From a virus, in IMG/VR virus record IMGVR_UViG_3300025102_000012, positions 1 through 64,000 of that record: a stretch of 64,000 nt of DNA, one strand, 5' to 3'. The notes beneath the pieces are model-generated. The model did no database searches and had not been told where the DNA came from. It saw only the letters and a program-made list of their open reading frames with translations. Of the stretch, positions 58,872 to 64,000 are shown one piece after another (position 1 is the stretch's first letter; every line of letters starts with the position of its first letter). Position numbers and translations under genes: made by a program.

Positions 58872-59138
58872 TTAATACCTCCTATTTGTGTATTCTATTT
58901 CTTCTTTATTGAAGAATATGTTTTTCATGCTTTTTGATGAAGCCCAATTCTCTAGAATCGTTATTGTTTCATCTAATGATTTAGTCATATATCTTGCTTC
59001 TTTTGCACCCATATGAAACTTCATTTGCCATCTTTCGGGCTTATCTTCGTTTTGAGTATATGTTATAAAATCAACATTGTTGAAATCTATTACATATGCT
59101 CCTTTTTTGTTTAAAAATCTCTCTTCTTTTATATTCAT
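58872..59138 (-). CDS. Hypothetical protein
   Basis: GAGGT SD, 88 aa. Confidence 0.55.
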   Translation of the reverse strand: MNIKEERFLNKKGAYVIDFNNVDFITYTQNEDKPERWQMKFHMGAKEARYMTKSLDETITILENWASSKSMKNIFFNKEEIEYTNRRY

Positions 59139-59323
59139 ATTATTACCTCATTTAAGATAGGCTTCGCACCTATTCGAGTGTCAATTGTTTCCACAAGTTC
59201 ACACTTACACTTGCCTCGTTTTATTTCCAACATGAATTCTGTAATGTTGCCAACACATCATACCGCAATTTACCCGACTATATCAAAGCCGCAACATTCC
59301 TACGGGGAAATAAAGGAATCTAA

Positions 59324-60532
59324 TCAAAACCAGTCGAAGTCTTCCTCCGTTGGCTGATTTACTTCTACCGCAGAACCGTGTCTATCTGTACATAATAGTC
59401 CAGTAGTATTGATAGTAGCATTTTCAATTACACCATCAACAGTTCTTTGGCTTGTTCTTCCAACAATAATCACATTAGAGCCGATACCGAAGTCTAATTC
59501 AAGATGTTCGGGAATCCAACAAGTAAAGATACCTGTTTCATCTTCATCTAATGTTGCATCCAAGTCAGAAATATTTATTATTCTGTTACCATTCTTAGTA
59601 GGTATCATATTCATAGTGATAACTGTTCCATCAGTAACAATAAATCTCTCCTTAGAAGGCAAAGCCTGTCTTTGGATATGTGCTTTATCTAATTCCACAA
59701 GAGGAATAATGTGACTATCAAAGTTATCTTGTAGACACTTTTGGAAGTCAAAATCACCCATATCTCGGAACGCTTCATTTTCAGGGTCTAGAGAACTATT
59801 AAGAGTTAAACTGTTAATAGTCATATCTGTAGCACCGTAAATGTCTGTTCCATTAGAACCTTCAATACATAGGAAATGAACCCATTCAAATGTATTTGGC
59901 TTGAAGTCTAATCCGCCTTGATTCTTGTAAGAGAAATAATACATTTTCATTTCTTCTTGACCAACAGAACCAAAGAAGATGCCCGACCTTCTAAATTGTT
60001 CTTTAGGTAGGGGAGTACCGTATTTGTTGTTCTTTCCGCCATTCATATATGTAGCAGTATTATCCAAAGGAATAAATGTTCTACCATCTTCTAGAATTTC
60101 TGCTCCTTCCGGTAGGCTTGATAGAACTGCTTCTTTATATTCGCCATTATGATATCTAGATACAGTAAATTTACCAATAGCATTTTCATTTGCTACGGCA
60201 ACAATTCCCTGTTCTAAAGCGTTATCGGAGTCTCGCAAAAACTCTTCTTTTGCTTTTGCTCTATTCCAACTCATCATATCTCTAGGTGTTTCTAGAGCGA
60301 TAAAGAAACCGAATGCATTCTTATAGTAAGAGTCATTATTGTTTTGGTTTCCACTTTTTTGGCTTCTTCTTGCATTAGCCACATAGTTTCTCCAAAGACC
60401 CAAACCGATTCGGTTGTCCTTTTCTATTCCGTTCTCTTGACAAAGTTCTTCGTACTTTGCCATTGCCTCATCTTGAGTAAGTCCCAAGACTTCGGCTCCT
60501 TTCTGTATTTCTTTTTTCGTATTTTCATCCAT
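59324..60532 (-). CDS. Putative ssDNA-binding protein (RPA-like OB folds)
   Basis: C-terminal OB pattern (IINISD...CWIP...GSNVIIVGR) and acidic/aromatic tail EEDFDWF. Confidence 0.6.
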   Translation of the reverse strand: MDENTKKEIQKGAEVLGLTQDEAMAKYEELCQENGIEKDNRIGLGLWRNYVANARRSQKSGNQNNNDSYYKNAFGFFIALETPRDMMSWNRAKAKEEFLRDSDNALEQGIVAVANENAIGKFTVSRYHNGEYKEAVLSSLPEGAEILEDGRTFIPLDNTATYMNGGKNNKYGTPLPKEQFRRSGIFFGSVGQEEMKMYYFSYKNQGGLDFKPNTFEWVHFLCIEGSNGTDIYGATDMTINSLTLNSSLDPENEAFRDMGDFDFQKCLQDNFDSHIIPLVELDKAHIQRQALPSKERFIVTDGTVITMNMIPTKNGNRIINISDLDATLDEDETGIFTCWIPEHLELDFGIGSNVIIVGRTSQRTVDGVIENATINTTGLLCTDRHGSAVEVNQPTEEDFDWF

Positions 60533-60558
60533 AGTTTTTCACCTCATTTTTCTTTAAT

Positions 60559-61470
60559 TTACAATAGTTGTCCCACCATCCATGATATTAGCACTTTTGG
60601 GGTCATACTATTGGAACGCCATTCTGTTTCTCCTATTGTTCTTAACAATTTGAATTTCAACATCGTATCTAATCCCTCCGAATTAACGATGACATCATGT
60701 AATCCATTACAGATTTCCTTGATGGTTTTTCCTTGATAGAGTAAGTCATGTATTTCACCTAGTATATTTTGATTCTTATTTGTTATTTTTATTAGCAGTT
60801 CATTATATTCGCTAAGTGATACTTCTACTTGTTTTTTGAGTGTGCTATTGCTAGACTTTGCGGCTTGGATTTCCGTGATTGCCCTCCGCATATCACCATT
60901 CATGGAGTATAAAAAGCCCCCTAACTCCTCGTCCGAGAATCGAGTGATTTTTTCTTTCGATAAAATTTCTTTTATCATATCTAACATTTTATCATTAGAT
61001 AAAGGCTTAAAGTTATAATTAGCACATCTACTTTGTAATGCAAAGATAATTTTGTTTTTATCATTACAAGTGATAATAAATCTAATATTAGAAGAATATC
61101 TTTCCATTATTCTCTTTAATGCTCCTTGAGCATCAGAAGTCATATTCTCCATTTCATCTAATAAACATATTCTAAATGGTACATCGCCTAACGAGGCACT
61201 TTGAGCCGCTTGTTTGATTGTAGTCCTAACAGTTTCTAATCTTCTATCATCGCTAGCATTAATTTCAAAGAAATTGTCTTTGAATCCTTCGCCTAATATT
61301 TCTTTAGCAAGGACTATTCCTGCCGTTGTTTTACCATTACCGGGATTGCCGTATAATAATACATTAGGCATGTTTCTTTCTTCTTTCCATGATTGAGCAT
61401 CCATAACAAAGTTTTCTTGTCCGTAGATATCTCCTATTCTTTGTGGTCTATATTTTTCAGTCCATAACAT
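60559..61470 (-). CDS. rfcS: Replication factor C small subunit
   Basis: LWTEKYRP, GNPGNGKTT, EINASD, LDEMENMT..AQ.AL.R, SRC, GDMRRAI. Confidence 0.92.
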   Translation of the reverse strand: MLWTEKYRPQRIGDIYGQENFVMDAQSWKEERNMPNVLLYGNPGNGKTTAGIVLAKEILGEGFKDNFFEINASDDRRLETVRTTIKQAAQSASLGDVPFRICLLDEMENMTSDAQGALKRIMERYSSNIRFIITCNDKNKIIFALQSRCANYNFKPLSNDKMLDMIKEILSKEKITRFSDEELGGFLYSMNGDMRRAITEIQAAKSSNSTLKKQVEVSLSEYNELLIKITNKNQNILGEIHDLLYQGKTIKEICNGLHDVIVNSEGLDTMLKFKLLRTIGETEWRSNSMTPKVLISWMVGQLL

Positions 61471-61471
61471 T

Positions 61472-61756
61472 TTAGTTACCTCCTATGTGGTGTTTTGGGT
61501 ATTTGTGTGTTCTTCGATAAGCAATCCTATGATTATTTATCTTTCTTCTTTCTATTAAGCCTATATCGCATAGGTATTTGAAAAAGGTTCTACAAGCATC
61601 TATTCCAAATTTAGTATTAGAATACTTCAGTATTTCTCTAATAGATTTCCAATCGGTGTCTATATTAAGCAATACTTCTAACCAATCAGCATCTAAAAAT
61701 GCATTCTCGCCAAATTCTATGGATGTTACAAATCCTCTTTTACTTTTTATTTTCAT
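61472..61756 (-). CDS. Winged-helix-like protein
   Basis: WKSIREI...FKYLCDIGLIERR. Confidence 0.5.
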   Translation of the reverse strand: MKIKSKRGFVTSIEFGENAFLDADWLEVLLNIDTDWKSIREILKYSNTKFGIDACRTFFKYLCDIGLIERRKINNHRIAYRRTHKYPKHHIGGN

Positions 61757-61758
61757 AA

Positions 61759-62610
61759 TTAAGCCTCCTTAACAAACTGAAATAAAGAAGACTGTTGTAA
61801 TTTAACAGGTTCTAATTTCTTTCTTTTTCTCTTTTCTCCTAAACTTAGTAGTCTGCAATCAGTGTTATTAAGTTTAGATTTAGCCCATTCTTTAAATTCA
61901 TTATCTCTCAATAATTGGCGTAATACTTTGGGTTCTTTAACGCCTAACTTTCTAGATAAGTAAGGTACTTTGCTGTACTTTCCTCTTTTAGGAAACTCTA
62001 CTCTACCGAAGAAGTCTCCGCTATGAGTATATGCTAAAATGTCGTAGAAATATTTCATACTCCATCTTCTGCGAACCACTCCGTCTACAAACAGTAGGCG
62101 ATTAGGTGGCATATTGCCCGATAGCCAAGTTAGTATTTGAGTATCTGCGGGCTTATTGAAATGTAATAGTTTTCTAACTAGTTCTCTATCTTTTATTTTA
62201 AGATAGTCAAAAACTAATTTGTAAGTATCTCTTTGATAAGAAAGAGGTTTATCGCTTCTAGGAGCGATTTCTTTGAGTTGTTCTTCTAAGAAGTTCTTAG
62301 AACCTGCTCTTTTAATTCTGCACATTGACTTTATACTGCTAGGGACAGATTTTTCATCAATAGAAGTAATAACTATTTGTCCTTTGTAAGTCCTAAGTAT
62401 GTTTAGAATACCGTCTTTATCAGGTTTAATATGTATATCTTCTATAATAATACCATTATCAGTAGGTATAGACAATATATCATAATCAACATCATCTGCA
62501 TATAGAATAACTGGGTCATTAACGAAGGTTTTCGCCTTCGTAGACTTTCCTGTTCCTGTTTTTCCTGTAAGGAGAATTGCTCTTTTTGTTTCTAAATTAG
62601 TGAAGCCCAT
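61759..62610 (-). CDS. rfcL: Clamp-loader large-subunit-like AAA+ protein
   Basis: LLTGKTGTGKST, IIIEDI, SMC; C-terminal PIP-box-like QSSLFQF. Confidence 0.6.
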   Translation of the reverse strand: MGFTNLETKRAILLTGKTGTGKSTKAKTFVNDPVILYADDVDYDILSIPTDNGIIIEDIHIKPDKDGILNILRTYKGQIVITSIDEKSVPSSIKSMCRIKRAGSKNFLEEQLKEIAPRSDKPLSYQRDTYKLVFDYLKIKDRELVRKLLHFNKPADTQILTWLSGNMPPNRLLFVDGVVRRRWSMKYFYDILAYTHSGDFFGRVEFPKRGKYSKVPYLSRKLGVKEPKVLRQLLRDNEFKEWAKSKLNNTDCRLLSLGEKRKRKKLEPVKLQQSSLFQFVKEA

Positions 62611-63005
62611 TACAATACACCTTTTATTTTCATTAGCATTTCTAAACCATTAAGGGTTTTATGCTTATTTTTATTTATAATATCTACTATTTGTTTGAAT
62701 TCGTTTAAATCATTCCTATAATTAGGAACAATTGGTAATAAATCACTTATTATCTTTAAGTTCACTATACCAGTAATTTTTAAGAGAGGTCTTTTTCTTC
62801 TGGAGGATTCCTCCAATTTTATTTTTGACTTAACTCCAAATTGTAATAATGAGCGTTTAACTGCCATTAAAAATAATTCATCACCTCTTATGTTTAAAGA
62901 GAAATTAACACTATAGCCTAATTTAGCCTTTTCATTAGCATAAATAGTTAGGTTATGTCTAGCAACTCCTAGTAAAATACCCCTTAGTACATCATTACTA
63001 TACAT
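62610..63005 (-). CDS. Degenerate LAGLIDADG-fold protein
   Basis: VLRGILLG helix, LLQFGVKSKI, NKNKHKTLNGL resembling LAGLIDADG C-termini; catalytic acidic residue not evident. Confidence 0.45.
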   Translation of the reverse strand: MYSNDVLRGILLGVARHNLTIYANEKAKLGYSVNFSLNIRGDELFLMAVKRSLLQFGVKSKIKLEESSRRKRPLLKITGIVNLKIISDLLPIVPNYRNDLNEFKQIVDIINKNKHKTLNGLEMLMKIKGVL

Positions 63006-63360
63006 TGCTTTTCACCTCTTTTGCTCCTAAGTATTCTGCTTTGTATCTTAAATATTCTATACCATCTAGAATAATAGTTTTGACTATTGTTTCTAAGTCT
63101 TCTTGTGTAGCAAAGGCAAAAGTAAGTATTGCTCCTCTATAACAATTAAAAGCAACTGCTCTTTCTTCGCTAATTTCTTCCGCAACAACTAGTGCATCTC
63201 CTTTCTCTAGTTTCCCTAGAAACTGAACATAAAGACCTCTTGCTAACATAGCAACTTCAGGTTCTTCGGGTAGGCCAAAGATTAGAAACCGATAGGTTTG
63301 AACAGTCTCATTAGCATTAATGAAATCTAATAAATCCCTTTCTATCTCAATATCGTTCAT
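62998..63360 (-). CDS. Hypothetical protein
   Basis: 120 aa, GGTGA SD. Confidence 0.55.
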   Translation of the reverse strand: MNDIEIERDLLDFINANETVQTYRFLIFGLPEEPEVAMLARGLYVQFLGKLEKGDALVVAEEISEERAVAFNCYRGAILTFAFATQEDLETIVKTIILDGIEYLRYKAEYLGAKEVKSNV

Positions 63361-63364
63361 TCAT

Positions 63365-63805
63365 TCACCCTTTAATATAATTCTCATTATCTTTCCAATA
63401 GCCTTCTACCGCATAGTTTGTTTCCACCCAATAGATATGTGCCGCAGTAATTCTAGAATGACCAAGCCTAATAGCGTTTTTCTCCGCATTACTAACTACA
63501 TTGGCAACTGCTGTCTCCAACCATTCCATCAAAAAGTTCTTTGCTGAACGAGATATTTGTAAATCAGTGTTCTCCCTTATTAGAGAACTGAGGTTTACTT
63601 TGCTTTTGGTTCTAGGCTTTTTTACTACTATCTTTTCGGGAACAATCAACTGATTATCTTTAACAAAGGGACATTCATCTACTTTAATTTTTTTAGCCCT
63701 TCCTTGTTCATGAAGAATGTTCTTTAGATAAGCAAAACCCTCTTCTATTTTTATACAAAGATAAGTGGTGGTTCCTATCATTGTTAGTTGTCCTTTCTCA
63801 ATCAT
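63365..63805 (-). CDS. Protein with C-terminal archaeal histone-fold domain
   Basis: LSSLIRENTDLQISRSAKNFLMEWLE...NAEKNAIRLGHSRITAAHI parallels the HMf-type fold. Confidence 0.65.
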   Translation of the reverse strand: MIEKGQLTMIGTTTYLCIKIEEGFAYLKNILHEQGRAKKIKVDECPFVKDNQLIVPEKIVVKKPRTKSKVNLSSLIRENTDLQISRSAKNFLMEWLETAVANVVSNAEKNAIRLGHSRITAAHIYWVETNYAVEGYWKDNENYIKG

Positions 63806-64000
63806 TCTGATTCCCCATTGAACAAAAAAGGCCTTCTATTCATTACTGATTCATATGCGTCAATTAACTTTTTAGCATTCCATATTTCGTCTGCGTGTAT
63901 TGTGCCATTAATAATAAGTGCCTGTAATATCATACGAGCCTCTACATCATGTATAACGGAGTTCTTGATTTTTTTTAGGTAAATATTTGCTCTTGTTTTT

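Larger units (their letters stand above)
1..64000. mobile_element. Tailed archaeal virus genome segment (Caudoviricetes, magrovirus-like)
   Basis: TerL, portal, HK97-type protease, MCP-position gene and tail genes, plus archaeal-type PCNA, RFC, PriS/L, PolB and ERCC4; GGTGA/GGAGG SD motifs; no host housekeeping operons. Confidence 0.9.

Noticed and set aside
48587-63982. Plus-strand ORFs within the replication arm (e.g. 48587, 52414, 55073, 60344)
   Set aside because: Antisense to motif-supported minus-strand genes
1-64000. tRNA/rRNA genes, integrase, tail sheath, terminase small subunit
   Set aside because: None recognisable by eye; they may lie outside the window or be too divergent

Overview
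This window is a 64 kb AT-rich segment of a tailed archaeal dsDNA virus. Its gene content and GGTGA/GGAGG ribosome-binding sites best fit a magrovirus-like virus of marine group II Euryarchaeota (Poseidoniales); the host is inferred, not shown. The + strand (1-48100) is the morphogenesis arm. It carries an array of small, unrelated ORFs sharing a W-x-D-I-L-K-type peptide, then terminase, a LAGLIDADG protein, HMG-CoA lyase, portal, a multidomain ATP-dependent DNA ligase, prohead protease/scaffold and major capsid protein. These are followed by an Arf-like small GTPase with membrane-protein neighbours, neck, tail tube, tail chaperones with a -1 frameshift site, tape measure and tail tip/fibre genes. 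No sheath gene is seen, so the tail looks siphovirus-like. The - strand (48163-64000) is an archaeal-type replication arm: DEDD exonuclease, putative helicase, ERCC4 nuclease, PriS-PriL primase fusion, Cas4-like nuclease, split PolB, PCNA, ATPase, RPA-like protein, RFC small and large subunits and a histone-fold protein. The strongest candidate for an undescribed system is the W-x-D-I-L/H-K peptide, shared between the scaffold C-terminus and about 11 cargo-like proteins, which suggests a capsid-loading and cleavage signal. The second is the Arf-like GTPase membrane module. All calls come from motif reading only; no database searches were run.
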